Below are positions 53,716 to 62,984 of a stretch of 64,000 nt of DNA, piece after piece (the stretch's first letter is position 1; every line of letters begins with the position of its first letter). Where the stretch lies: positions 227,441 through 291,440 of the forward strand of contig JANQRH010000008.1 of assembly GCA_028284625.1 (NCBI GenBank). Direction: 5' to 3'. Under the pieces are notes generated by a model. That model had not been told where the DNA came from, searched no databases, and saw nothing but the letters and a program-made list of their open reading frames with translations. Source of the DNA: Afifellaceae bacterium. Lineage in GTDB: Bacteria > Pseudomonadota > Alphaproteobacteria > Rhizobiales > Afifellaceae. The position numbers were made by a program, and so were the translations under genes.

Positions 53716-55034
53716 ACGGGCTGAAGTCCATCTGGCATCTCGGCAGCCGCGCCGGCTCGCTCTTTTCAGCACGCATGGCCGCGGCCCTGTTTGGAGTCGG
53801 CGTTCAGCTGCTGCTTGCCCGGCTGCTCGGCCCGGAACAGCTCGGTCAGTTCTTTCTTGCGACGAGCCTGGCGACGGTCGGTGCCGTCGTAGCCGCCGGC
53901 GGCTACCCCAACATCGTCCTCAAGATGGTCGCGATGAGCCGCAATGGCGAGTTTCGCGGACGCGCGCTGGCGCGCGTTGCCCTCATCGACAGCGCTGCCG
54001 TCGGCTTTGCGATCGCCATTGTCATGGCGGCCGCTGCCTTATTGTTGTCCGGTCACGCGGCGCTTCTGGCGGCAGCGATTGCGGTTCCGGTGATCGCCTT
54101 CGGCCGGTTGCTGAGCGCCTATGCGATGGCGCGGCGGCACCCGATGATCGCCAATTTGCCGGATCTCTTGACCCGGCCGGTCGTGTTGGCGTCGGGGCTG
54201 GTGGTGCTGCTTCTCACTGGCGTGCGCATCGACGCGACGGACGCCGTGTGGCTCTTCACCGTCGGCGCTGTGCTGACGCTCCTACTGCTGGCGGTTAGCG
54301 TGGTGCGCGCCGGTATCCTGCCGCGCGTTGAGCCCCGCGTCGACCGACGGATACGTCGCCGGTTGCGGCTGACGGCGCTGCCGCTCGTCAGCGTGTCGGT
54401 GCTGTCGGCGTTCTTCGGTGATCTCGCCATCATTGTCTCAAGCCTGTTCCTGTCGCCGGCGGCGCTGGGCGTCTTTGCGCTGTCGCTGAAGATCGCGCTT
54501 CTCGTCGGGTTCGCCATCCAGGCGCTTTATCAGATCGAACTCCCACGCATCGCGGCTGCTCATGGGCGGGCGCTCGGCGATGAGGTCAGGCTCATCATCG
54601 GCCGGCTCAACCGGACTGCCGTTCTGGCAACGGGAGGCGCAGCACTCGTTCTGGCGCCGCTCGCGCCGCAGGTGCTGGCGTTGTTCGGCGATGCCTTTGT
54701 TGCCGGTGCGCCGGTGCTCGCCATCCTTGTCGTCGTGCAGGTCGGGCGCGCGTGCTGTGGCCCGTCCGTCCAGGCCCTGACGCTTCTGTCGGCGCAGCGG
54801 ACGAGCAGCCTCCTGTCGCTCGTGTCTGCGCTGGTGCTGCTTGCCGGCTGCGCTGTGCTCGCCGTCAGTTTCGGTCCAACCGGCGCAGCAATAGCAACGG
54901 GTGTTTCCATGCTGACTTGGTACGGGCTTGCTGCCCATTTCGCCGCGCGCTACGGGCTGGCCACCTTTGGCCTCGGCATTGCGCATAACGAGATCGTCCC
55001 ATGGCGCGCTGCGCTCCGCTGGAGGTCACCATGA
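53712..55034 (+). CDS. polysaccharide/oligosaccharide flippase-like membrane protein (MOP/Wzx superfamily); track over-extends to 53616
   Basis: ATGA start/stop overlap at 53712-53715. The 440-aa protein has about 12 TM segments, and its N-terminus is typical of polysaccharide biosynthesis proteins (LFSARMAAALFGVGVQLLLARLLGPEQLGQF). Confidence 0.65.
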   Translation: MNGLKSIWHLGSRAGSLFSARMAAALFGVGVQLLLARLLGPEQLGQFFLATSLATVGAVVAAGGYPNIVLKMVAMSRNGEFRGRALARVALIDSAAVGFAIAIVMAAAALLLSGHAALLAAAIAVPVIAFGRLLSAYAMARRHPMIANLPDLLTRPVVLASGLVVLLLTGVRIDATDAVWLFTVGAVLTLLLLAVSVVRAGILPRVEPRVDRRIRRRLRLTALPLVSVSVLSAFFGDLAIIVSSLFLSPAALGVFALSLKIALLVGFAIQALYQIELPRIAAAHGRALGDEVRLIIGRLNRTAVLATGGAALVLAPLAPQVLALFGDAFVAGAPVLAILVVVQVGRACCGPSVQALTLLSAQRTSSLLSLVSALVLLAGCAVLAVSFGPTGAAIATGVSMLTWYGLAAHFAARYGLATFGLGIAHNEIVPWRAALRWRSP

Positions 55035-55726
55035 GCTATCCTGGAACCATCCGGACATCCGCAAGCGCCACGACCCCGGATCGCGCGGGCGGTTCAGCTC
55101 AACAAACCGATCGGCCGGCCATGGGTATCGCGATTGCAGTCGGGGTCGGTTTCACGGCCTCGGTCGTTGCGGTCGCCATCGGGTTTGCGCATCTGAAGGG
55201 CATCAGCGTCGCCAATCTGACGCGCGACCCCGCAGCGGTTCTCGGCGGGCCTGCCTATATCGGCTTTGCCTCGCATACAGGCGTGGTGTTGTGGATCGCC
55301 GCGTCGGCCATTGCCTTCTTCGGCGGTCTCCTGGCGTCACAGATGCGTCTGCCGAATAACCGGTTCCTCTATGTCGCTGGTGCTCTGTCGCTGCTTCTTG
55401 GCCTCGACGATCTCATGATGCTGCATGAGGACATCCTGCCGCGTATCGGTATTCCTCAGATGCTGGTGCTTCTGGCTTATGCCAGCTTCGCAATGGTGTT
55501 TGTCTTGCGCTGCTACCGGGAGATTCTGTCGGGGTCGTATGTCCTTTTCTCGCTGGCCGCACTTTGCCTCGGCACATCGTTGCTGATTGATTTGGCGCTC
55601 CCCTACAGCGAACTGGAAGCTGCGGTTGAGGATTGCGCCAAGCTGTTCGGCATCACGTTCTGGTTCCTCTATATCTTGAGCGAAACTACGGCGCTGGTGC
55701 GCCGGGTCCCCAGCGCACGCCAATAA
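55031..55726 (+). CDS. integral membrane protein, unknown function
   Basis: ATGA start/stop overlap at 55031-55034. About 6 TM segments. No family recognised. Confidence 0.55.
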   Translation: MSYPGTIRTSASATTPDRAGGSAQQTDRPAMGIAIAVGVGFTASVVAVAIGFAHLKGISVANLTRDPAAVLGGPAYIGFASHTGVVLWIAASAIAFFGGLLASQMRLPNNRFLYVAGALSLLLGLDDLMMLHEDILPRIGIPQMLVLLAYASFAMVFVLRCYREILSGSYVLFSLAALCLGTSLLIDLALPYSELEAAVEDCAKLFGITFWFLYILSETTALVRRVPSARQ

Positions 55727-55960
55727 CCGGCGGGCCGGCGCCGGACGCCTCAGACAGGTTGCGCCGCGGAAAATTGCGCCGTCGGCGGCCGGCTCTCAGC
55801 CCATGCGTGTGCGGTGCGTTGTGGGTGCTGTCCTTCAGCTCCCCGCAAGAAAGCGGCCATTTTCGGCGATTGCGTTGCATCCGACCGGTCGGCCTGTTAC
55901 TATTTTAGTGTATTCACACAAATAAGAACATTTGAGCTTCACAACCCAAGCTAGGGCGAC

Positions 55961-56755
55961 ATGCTGGAAAAACGGCTTCATGCCAAGCAGCGCGAAGACC
56001 TGATCCTCGACATTCTCAAGACGACGGGATTCGTGACGGTCTCGGAGATCGCCAAGCGAAGCGGCGTGACGGAAATGACCGCGCGGCGCGATCTCGACCA
56101 ACTCGCAACGCGTGACCGCCTCATACGTATCCATGGTGGCGCGCTGCACCCAGACAATCGCGACAGCTCGGAGTTCGCCGCCATTGAACCGGCGGTCAAC
56201 GAGCGTGCCAACATCAATCTCGCCGGCAAGCGGGCGATTGCTCAACGCGCTCTGCAACACGTCGCCGCCGGTGAGATGATCGCGCTTGATCTCGGCTCCA
56301 CGATGCAGACCTTCGCGCAGCTTCTCGGCGATCTCGATGTCAGGGTGATCACGTGCAGCCTGCCGGTCGCCAGCCGGTTGGCGCATTCGCGCACGGAAGT
56401 CTATCTGCCTGGCGGCCGGATTGCCGGACTGGAGCCGTCGGTCTCAGGCCCGATCGCCATTGAGCATCTCAACGAATATTGGATCGACACGTTCTTCCTT
56501 GGTTGCTCGGGCGTCTCGACAGAAGGCTTCTTCGACTATTCGCCGGAAGACACGCAGATCAAGAAGGCACTCATCCGGCGCTCTAAGCGCAAGATCGCGC
56601 TGGTCGATGCGTCCAAGTTCGGGCGCGCGTCGGTCGCCCATATTGCACCGCTTTCCGGCTTTGACGCCATCATTACCGATGCCAATCCCGGCAAGGATCT
56701 TGAGGCACACCTGAAGGCGAACAACGTCGCCCTGGAGATTGCCGCCGGCAGCTAG
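55961..56755 (+). CDS. DeoR family transcriptional regulator
   Basis: The N-terminal HTH (REDLILDILKTTGFVTVSEIAKRSGVTEMTARRDLDQL) is followed by a DeoR C-terminal sensor domain. Confidence 0.85.
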   Translation: MLEKRLHAKQREDLILDILKTTGFVTVSEIAKRSGVTEMTARRDLDQLATRDRLIRIHGGALHPDNRDSSEFAAIEPAVNERANINLAGKRAIAQRALQHVAAGEMIALDLGSTMQTFAQLLGDLDVRVITCSLPVASRLAHSRTEVYLPGGRIAGLEPSVSGPIAIEHLNEYWIDTFFLGCSGVSTEGFFDYSPEDTQIKKALIRRSKRKIALVDASKFGRASVAHIAPLSGFDAIITDANPGKDLEAHLKANNVALEIAAGS

Positions 56756-56818
56756 AGCCGGGCCAAGGTTCATCCTCCCAAGACGCCGCAATCAGCAGCA
56801 AGAGCATGGAGCTTCGAT

Positions 56819-57592
56819 TTGGATGCGCTTGAGAAGTTCAGACTGACGGGGAAGACGGCCGTCGTCACGGGTGGTGCGCGCGGCATCGGATATGCCGTGG
56901 CGGAGCTTTTGGCGGGCGCCGGCGCCGATATCGTGCTTGTCGACCGGGAGGAAGCGCTTGGACGGGAATCCGCTGAGCGGCTTGCCAACGGCGGGCGAAA
57001 GGCCACCTTCCACCATGCCGATCTGACGGACCCGGCAGAGTCGACGCGCGTCGCGGCTGAAGTCGAGAAGGCATCCGGGCCAGCGGGCGTCCTGGTGAAT
57101 TGTGTCGGTATCTGCCCGAACACTGATGTTCTCGACATCCCGCCGGACGAATGGCGCGAGGTCATGGATGTCAACGTCAATGCGCAGTTCTACGTTGCGC
57201 AGGCTTTCGCGCGACAGATGGCGGCGAATGGCGGCGGCGCCATTGTGTGCATCGGATCGAATTCCGGCTTCACGGTGGACCGGCCGCAGCCGCAGGCGCA
57301 TTACAATGCCAGCAAAGCCGCGGTTCATCAGATGGTCCGCTCGCTCGCCGCGGAGCTGGCGCTCAAGAATGTCCGCGTCAACGCGGTGGCGCCTGGGTAC
57401 ACGTTGACGGACATGACCAAGCGCGGGCTGAGCAATCGCGAATGGGCCGAGATCTGGCGCGACATGACGCCGATGCGCCGTTTCGCGGAGCCATCGGAGA
57501 TCGCGCACGCCGTGCTTTATCTGGCGAGCGATGCGGCCAGCTATGTCACCGGCACGGTGCTTCTGGTGGATGGCGGCTATAGCTGCTGGTAA
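56819..57592 (+). CDS. SDR family oxidoreductase
   Basis: TGGARGIG, NCVG and YNASK motifs. Confidence 0.85.
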   Translation: MDALEKFRLTGKTAVVTGGARGIGYAVAELLAGAGADIVLVDREEALGRESAERLANGGRKATFHHADLTDPAESTRVAAEVEKASGPAGVLVNCVGICPNTDVLDIPPDEWREVMDVNVNAQFYVAQAFARQMAANGGGAIVCIGSNSGFTVDRPQPQAHYNASKAAVHQMVRSLAAELALKNVRVNAVAPGYTLTDMTKRGLSNREWAEIWRDMTPMRRFAEPSEIAHAVLYLASDAASYVTGTVLLVDGGYSCW

Positions 57593-57598
57593 GCGCGC

Positions 57599-58663
57599 TC
57601 AGAAAACGTGGGCGTGCGCCAAATCGGGGGCCAAGGCCACACGCTCGCCGACAGCGGCTTTGAAGCCGGGATCGGTCAGCACGCGATAGGCATCGCCCGC
57701 CTCCGATTGGAGGATGATCACCGTTTCCTTGCCGAGATGCTCAACGGCATAGACTTCCATGTTGATGCCGCTTTCGGCGCCGGCTTCAACGATGCGAATG
57801 TGCTGGGGGCGGATGCCGACCGATGTGAGAGCTTCGACCGATCCGTCCAGTTTCGCCCGTAGGGCATCGGGGACGGGGAGGGCGGTGTCGCCGGTGTGGA
57901 ACGTCAGTCGATCGTTCTCCGACTTGAATGCGCCCTCAAAGAAGTTCATCGGCGGCGATCCGATGAAGCCGGCGACGAACTTGGTCTGTGGATTGTTGTA
58001 GATGTCGTCCGGCGAGCCGACCTGTTCGACGTTGGCGTTGTTCATGACAACGATGACGTCGCCCATGGTCATCGCCTCCACCTGGTCGTGGGTGACGAAG
58101 ATGGTGGTGACGTTGAGCGTTTTCTGCAGATGCACGAGCTCGGCGCGGAGCGAGTTGCGAAGCGCCGCGTCGAGCGCGGAAAACGGCTCGTCCATCAGGA
58201 ACACCGAAGGCTCGCGGACGATCGCCTTGGCGAGCGCGACGCGCTGGCGTTCGCCGCCGGAAAGCGCGCTCGGCCGCTTCTCGAGCAAATGGTCGACGCG
58301 CAGCATGCCGACGACGCTGGCAACGCGCGACTTCACCTGATCGGCACTCATGCCGGAATGGCGCAGGCTCATCTCGATATTGGCGCGCGCGCTCAGATGC
58401 GGATAGAGCAGCGCCGACTGGAACACCATCGCGATGTTGCGCGAATGGGGCGGCAGGCTCGTCACGTCGGTGTCGTCAAAGAGCACGCGGCCGCTGGTCG
58501 GTGCCTCCAAACCGGCGATGCAATTGAGCGTCGTGGTCTTGCCGCAACCGGAGGGCCCGAGCAGCACCACGAACTGGCCTTCGGCGACATCGAGCGTCAG
58601 ATCGGCGACGGCGACATGCTGGCCGAACGTCTTCTTGAGATTCTTGAGGTGGATGCTGGCCAT
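57599..58663 (-). CDS. ABC transporter ATP-binding protein (MalK/UgpC-like, with C-terminal regulatory domain)
   Basis: GPSGCGKTT, LSGGERQRVALA and FLMDEPFSALD motifs plus a TOBE-like C-terminus. Confidence 0.9.
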   Translation of the reverse strand: MASIHLKNLKKTFGQHVAVADLTLDVAEGQFVVLLGPSGCGKTTTLNCIAGLEAPTSGRVLFDDTDVTSLPPHSRNIAMVFQSALLYPHLSARANIEMSLRHSGMSADQVKSRVASVVGMLRVDHLLEKRPSALSGGERQRVALAKAIVREPSVFLMDEPFSALDAALRNSLRAELVHLQKTLNVTTIFVTHDQVEAMTMGDVIVVMNNANVEQVGSPDDIYNNPQTKFVAGFIGSPPMNFFEGAFKSENDRLTFHTGDTALPVPDALRAKLDGSVEALTSVGIRPQHIRIVEAGAESGINMEVYAVEHLGKETVIILQSEAGDAYRVLTDPGFKAAVGERVALAPDLAHAHVF

Positions 58664-58672
58664 CGATTGTCC

Positions 58673-59530
58673 CTAGCGAACCGGTTCCACGAGGTTCATT
58701 TCGCCGATATGGCGCTGCAGCAGAAAGGCGACGAGCGCCGGCGGCAGGATCGTCAGCGCCAACGCCGCGGCCATGTGCTGCGGTTCGGGATGCTGAAAAA
58801 GGAAGCCGCTGATGGCGGTCGGCAGCGTGTTGGCCGTGGTGCCGTTCACCAGGATCAGCGCATAGGTGTATTCATTCCACGCGAATAGGAACGCGATGAC
58901 GGCCGCGACCGCCAAGCCACTGCGGCTCATGGGCAGCATGACGTAGACGAAGGTTCCCATCCGCGAGAAGCCGTCGATGCGGGCCAGCCGTTCGATTTGC
59001 GGCAGATTGCGGAAATAGCCGATCAGCATCCACGTGACGAAGGGTATGGTGATCGTCAACGTAACGATCACGAGGCCGAGAATCGTGCCATTCAAGCCCA
59101 GCTGCACATACATCGAATAGAACGGGATCAACGTGGAGACCGGCGGCAGCGCCACGGCCAGGAGAATGGCGAAGAGCAGCTTGTTCTTGTGGGCGAAGTC
59201 GAGCCTGGCGAACACGTAAGCCAGCGGCGCCACAACGAAGAGCGTCAACACCGTCACGATGATGGAGACGATCACAGAGTTCTGCAGGCCGCGAATGATC
59301 TGGTTGGCCTGGCCGGAGGCGCGCCGCGTGATGCCGTTCGACAGCTCATAGTCGAAGCCGAAAATGTTGAAGTAGGCGGCCGGCTGCGGCTCAAGCGGAT
59401 AAAGCGGCGGCGGAAAGCGCGCGATCTCGTCCGGCGTGAGCAGGGAGATTTTCAAGAACCAGTAGATGGGAAGGAGGGTCCAGATCAGGATCACGGCGAG
59501 CGCAATCCGCGACCATATCGTGCCGGTCAT
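58673..59530 (-). CDS. CUT1 ABC transporter permease
   Basis: Six TM segments. It overlaps the upstream permease gene by 4 nt. Confidence 0.85.
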   Translation of the reverse strand: MTGTIWSRIALAVILIWTLLPIYWFLKISLLTPDEIARFPPPLYPLEPQPAAYFNIFGFDYELSNGITRRASGQANQIIRGLQNSVIVSIIVTVLTLFVVAPLAYVFARLDFAHKNKLLFAILLAVALPPVSTLIPFYSMYVQLGLNGTILGLVIVTLTITIPFVTWMLIGYFRNLPQIERLARIDGFSRMGTFVYVMLPMSRSGLAVAAVIAFLFAWNEYTYALILVNGTTANTLPTAISGFLFQHPEPQHMAAALALTILPPALVAFLLQRHIGEMNLVEPVR

Positions 59531-60432
59531 TCGTTGCTCGCCTCCCGGCGTCCCCAGATGAAGTAGAGCAGCAGCGTCGAGCCGAGGATCATGGCGAGCA
59601 GATAGAACGACATGGCCGCGCCATAGCCGAGGTCGAGGTCCTTAAAGCTCTCCTTGTAGATCTGGTAGGTGAGCACCGCCGACGTGGTTCCCGGACCGCC
59701 GCCGGAGAGCACGAAGATGAAGTCGAAGAGCTTCATCGACAACACGGTGGTGATGCAGGTGAAGACGAACAACGTGAAACGCAGCGGCGGCAGCGTGACG
59801 TTGAAGAATGTCTCAAGCGGCGACATGCGGTCGATGGCCGCCAGATCGTAGAGCCGGGTGGGGATGGTCTTCAAATTAGCCAGAAGGAAGAAGGCGACGA
59901 GCGGCGTCATGTTCCAGGCATTGCCGATCGCCAGAACCTGGATGACCCAATCGCGGTTGACGAAGTTGACCGCATCCGTGCCGCCGAGCGCCGCTGCAAT
60001 CGCGGTGCCCAAGCCGGTCTGACCTTTGGCGAGCTGCGAGAACATGATGCCGGTGCCGTAGAGCGACACGCACCAGGGCAGAATGACCAGCGTGCGAACC
60101 AGGCCGGCGAAGCGCATCGGCCGATTCAGGATCAACGCCAGAATAAGCCCCATGACCATGGCCAGCACCACCGACTGCACGGTGAAACTTGCTGTCACGC
60201 GGACCGACTTCCAGAATTTCTTGCTGTCCCAGATGTCGGCGAAATGTTCCAGGCCGACATACTCGGCCTTGTAGCCTCCGAAGAAGCTGATCTCATGCGT
60301 GCTCATCCACAGCGCGTAGCCAAGCGGATAAGCAACCACCAGAAGCAGGAACACCAGAACGGGCAGCGCCAAGATCAGCGCGAAGCTGAAATTGGAGAGC
60401 TCGTTGGTGCGTGCGGACGGAGAGAAAGCCAT
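59527..60432 (-). CDS. CUT1 ABC transporter permease
   Basis: Six TM segments and an EAA-like loop (LAAIDRMSPLETFFNVTLPPL). Confidence 0.85.
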   Translation of the reverse strand: MAFSPSARTNELSNFSFALILALPVLVFLLLVVAYPLGYALWMSTHEISFFGGYKAEYVGLEHFADIWDSKKFWKSVRVTASFTVQSVVLAMVMGLILALILNRPMRFAGLVRTLVILPWCVSLYGTGIMFSQLAKGQTGLGTAIAAALGGTDAVNFVNRDWVIQVLAIGNAWNMTPLVAFFLLANLKTIPTRLYDLAAIDRMSPLETFFNVTLPPLRFTLFVFTCITTVLSMKLFDFIFVLSGGGPGTTSAVLTYQIYKESFKDLDLGYGAAMSFYLLAMILGSTLLLYFIWGRREASNE

Positions 60433-60448
60433 GAGATGCGTCAGGTCA

Positions 60449-60477
60449 GCGGCGCCGGCTTTCTGCGCCGGCGCCGC
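60449..60477 (-). terminator. intercistronic stem-loop between the binding-protein and permease genes
   Basis: A perfect 11-bp stem, gcggcgccggc (60449-60459) paired with gccggcgccgc (60467-60477), with a 7-nt loop. Confidence 0.6.
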
Positions 60478-60486
60478 CTGTCGATC

Positions 60487-61827
60487 TTAGCCGAGGTCGT
60501 ATTTGTCGTTGAGGTCGGTGATCTTCTCGTTGATCTCCTCGATCGTCTCAACGATGTCGCCGTCATCGAGCAGGTAGTTCTGCAGCGTCTCCTTGAGCCA
60601 GGAGTTGAACTCCTCCGCCCAGATCACGTTCCACACGCCCTTCGGATAGGGGGTGGCGGCGTAGACGCCGAGGACAGCTTCGATGTCCTGCTCGCGGGCC
60701 AAGGCGTTGCGCATGCGCTCGGCCGCAGCCTCGCTCTCCATCACCGACTTGTAGCCGGAGAAGAGCATCGATTCCTGCATCCAGCGATTACCGACGAAGA
60801 CGTTGCCCTCGTGGTTCTGATAACCGTACCAGTTGGCGAACCGCTTGACGTCATCGGTGTGCGCATCGGAGCGCTCGCGGCTGGTCATCAGATAGACGGC
60901 GGAGTCCAGGAGGCCCCAGCTCTGGCCCTGATAGGGCAGGAGCGACGCGTAGCCGGCGATTTGCGAGCGGTCTTCGCGGTTGAAGGTCTCCAGATCGTAG
61001 AGCTGCTGCGGGCTGTAGACGTAGCGGCCCGACGCGTAGGCATCGATGTAGCTGCTCTCGTTGTAGGTCAGCACCTCTTCAGGAACGAGACCGTCGTTCC
61101 AGATGCGCTTCCACGCGGCGAGCGTCTTGTAGGCCGGACCGTCCTCGTCCGTCGTCAGGAGCGGTGTATGGGACTCCGCTTCTGCGACTTCGCCGCCGCG
61201 GTTCATCACCTCAAAGACGAACGCCCAGGAAATGCCGTACCATTCGTTGATCCAGTGCGGCAGGAACGGCTGGTCGACGCCTTTTTCCTTCAGCACGTAG
61301 AGGTGATCGTAGAGCTCATCCCAGTTCTTGGGGAAGTCGGCATCGCTCATGCCGTGCTCTTCGTACTTCTTCAGGTTGACGTGCATGACGCCGCGCGTGC
61401 TGACGAAGTAGGAGAGCCCCAGAAGCTTGCCCTTGTAGCTCCACGCCTCAAGGATGTTGGGATACATGTCGGCCTTGATGGCGTCGATGTTCGGCAGCTC
61501 TTCCGCAGGCATGATCCATCCGCCGTCATAGTAGCGACCGGCCTGCGACGGGTTGGCGTAAAGCACATCGAGCTCAGCGCCAGCCATCAGGTTCTGTTCC
61601 ATGATGGCGGGGTAGTCGCCGGTCACCGTGGCGTAGTCGACCTGGCCTTTCTGGCCGGAATTATATTGGTCGACGTTGTCCTGGACGATGTCGGTTTTGT
61701 ACTGCCAGCCGCGGAAGAAGACGGTCTCTCCGCTGGTCGCCATCATATCCTCGGCGATCGCGGTCGACATGAGTGCCGACAGCGCCACCGACGCAACGAG
61801 TGCGGTTGTTAAACGCGTTGATTTCAT
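60487..61827 (-). CDS. extracellular solute-binding protein, CUT1-type ABC transporter; track over-extends to 62217
   Basis: ATG at 61827 with a GGGAGG RBS. Signal peptide MKSTRLTTALVASVALSALMSTAIA. Confidence 0.85.
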   Translation of the reverse strand: MKSTRLTTALVASVALSALMSTAIAEDMMATSGETVFFRGWQYKTDIVQDNVDQYNSGQKGQVDYATVTGDYPAIMEQNLMAGAELDVLYANPSQAGRYYDGGWIMPAEELPNIDAIKADMYPNILEAWSYKGKLLGLSYFVSTRGVMHVNLKKYEEHGMSDADFPKNWDELYDHLYVLKEKGVDQPFLPHWINEWYGISWAFVFEVMNRGGEVAEAESHTPLLTTDEDGPAYKTLAAWKRIWNDGLVPEEVLTYNESSYIDAYASGRYVYSPQQLYDLETFNREDRSQIAGYASLLPYQGQSWGLLDSAVYLMTSRERSDAHTDDVKRFANWYGYQNHEGNVFVGNRWMQESMLFSGYKSVMESEAAAERMRNALAREQDIEAVLGVYAATPYPKGVWNVIWAEEFNSWLKETLQNYLLDDGDIVETIEEINEKITDLNDKYDLG

Positions 61828-61928
61828 TTCATCAAACCTCCCAGGTCTGCTTTGCAACTGAGCGCCCCCTTGGACGCCGACTCTCATGAACTTCCTCAGA
61901 ACTTCGGAACCCCGGATGCCCCGGATTG

Positions 61929-62723
61929 TCACGCCATATAGACTCCTCCGGTGACGTTGATGGCTTGCCCGGTCATGAAACGGGCAGCGTCCGACGCCAG
62001 GAACAGGACGACATCCGCTACGTCGTCCGGTTCGGCCAGGCGGCCAAGCGGCGTCTGGTCGATCCAGGACTGGCGGACGGCGTCGGGCGTCTTGCCGCTG
62101 AGTTCCGCCTCCCAGACGATCTCTCGTGACTGCATGGATGTGCGCACGAATCCCGGGCATACGGCGTTGATGCGGATGCCGTGCGGGGCAACCTCTCGCG
62201 CCAGCGCCTGCGTCCATCCAAGGACGGCGAACTTGCTCGCCGAGTAATGCGCCAGATAAGGCGCACCGACCTTAGAGGCGAGCGAGGCGGTGTTGATCAC
62301 GCAGCCCTTGTTCTTCTCACGCAGGAAGTGCCGCACCGCGACTTGATTGGTCAGGAACACGCCCTTGGCGTTGACGTCGAAATTGAAATCCCAGTCCTCG
62401 TCGGTCAGGTCCAGCGCGTGCTTCATGCTGGAGACGCCGGCATTGGCGACAAGGCAATCGACGCGTCCGAAGGCCTCGATTGCCTGATCGAAAGCGCTCT
62501 CCACCGACTGCCGGTCGCGGACGTCGCAGACGATGGTGATTGTGCGCTCATCAAATTCCGCAGCGGTCTCCGCAAGCGCGTCCGCATCGCGGTCGACCAG
62601 GGCGAGGGTCGCACCCGCTTTGTGAAGCGCCTCAGCTATCGCGCGGCCAATACCGGCCGCGGCGCCCGTTACGAGAACCACTCGATCGCGGAACACGGGG
62701 GTCACCTCTCGTCCGAAATTCAC
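61929..62723 (-). CDS. SDR family oxidoreductase (polyol/sugar dehydrogenase-like)
   Basis: TGAAAGIG, NAG and YSASK motifs. GTG start. Confidence 0.85.
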   Translation of the reverse strand: MNFGREVTPVFRDRVVLVTGAAAGIGRAIAEALHKAGATLALVDRDADALAETAAEFDERTITIVCDVRDRQSVESAFDQAIEAFGRVDCLVANAGVSSMKHALDLTDEDWDFNFDVNAKGVFLTNQVAVRHFLREKNKGCVINTASLASKVGAPYLAHYSASKFAVLGWTQALAREVAPHGIRINAVCPGFVRTSMQSREIVWEAELSGKTPDAVRQSWIDQTPLGRLAEPDDVADVVLFLASDAARFMTGQAINVTGGVYMA

Positions 62724-62734
62724 GACACATTACA

Positions 62735-62746
62735 AACATTAATGTT
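62735..62746. promoter_or_regulatory. perfect 12-bp palindrome AACATTAATGTT in the divergent promoter region (candidate operator)
   Basis: Read directly. It lies in an AT-rich stretch between the SDR gene (minus strand) and the BtpA/SgcQ-like gene (plus strand). Confidence 0.35.
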
Positions 62747-62984
62747 GAAAATGCAACAAGCTGGTGTTTGATTATTTGCGTTTGGTTGCTATTGGAAAAC
62801 CTTAAAAAGGCGCGCCGAGTGCTTGGCGCCAAAGGAGGGGTTGGCGGACGACGGGCCGGGCGCTTGTGCCAAGACGCCCCGCTTGTCGGATCACCATAAA
62901 GGCACCTGGCGCGCGATTGCGACGCGGCCAGAGGGGCAGGCCGGTCGCTTCCTAGTGCGCGCCGGCAGGCGAGAGGATGCTTAA

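Noticed and set aside
60244-61812. 522-aa ORF antisense to the CUT1 binding-protein gene. Similar long antisense or out-of-frame ORFs occur at 7893-8966, 15554-16516, 26107-27204, 28708-29562, 29575-30387, 30507-31484, 32589-33548, 35289-36113, 39187-40788, 41749-42639, 48593-49429, 50322-51320, 51665-52480, 52477-53772, 53213-54298, 57896-58888 and 62952-63701.
   Set aside because: Each overlaps a gene on the other strand or frame that has clear family motifs and operon logic. Their translations are compositionally biased (R/A/G/P/H/D-rich) and carry no motifs. This is the expected behaviour of stop-poor frames in ~65% GC DNA.
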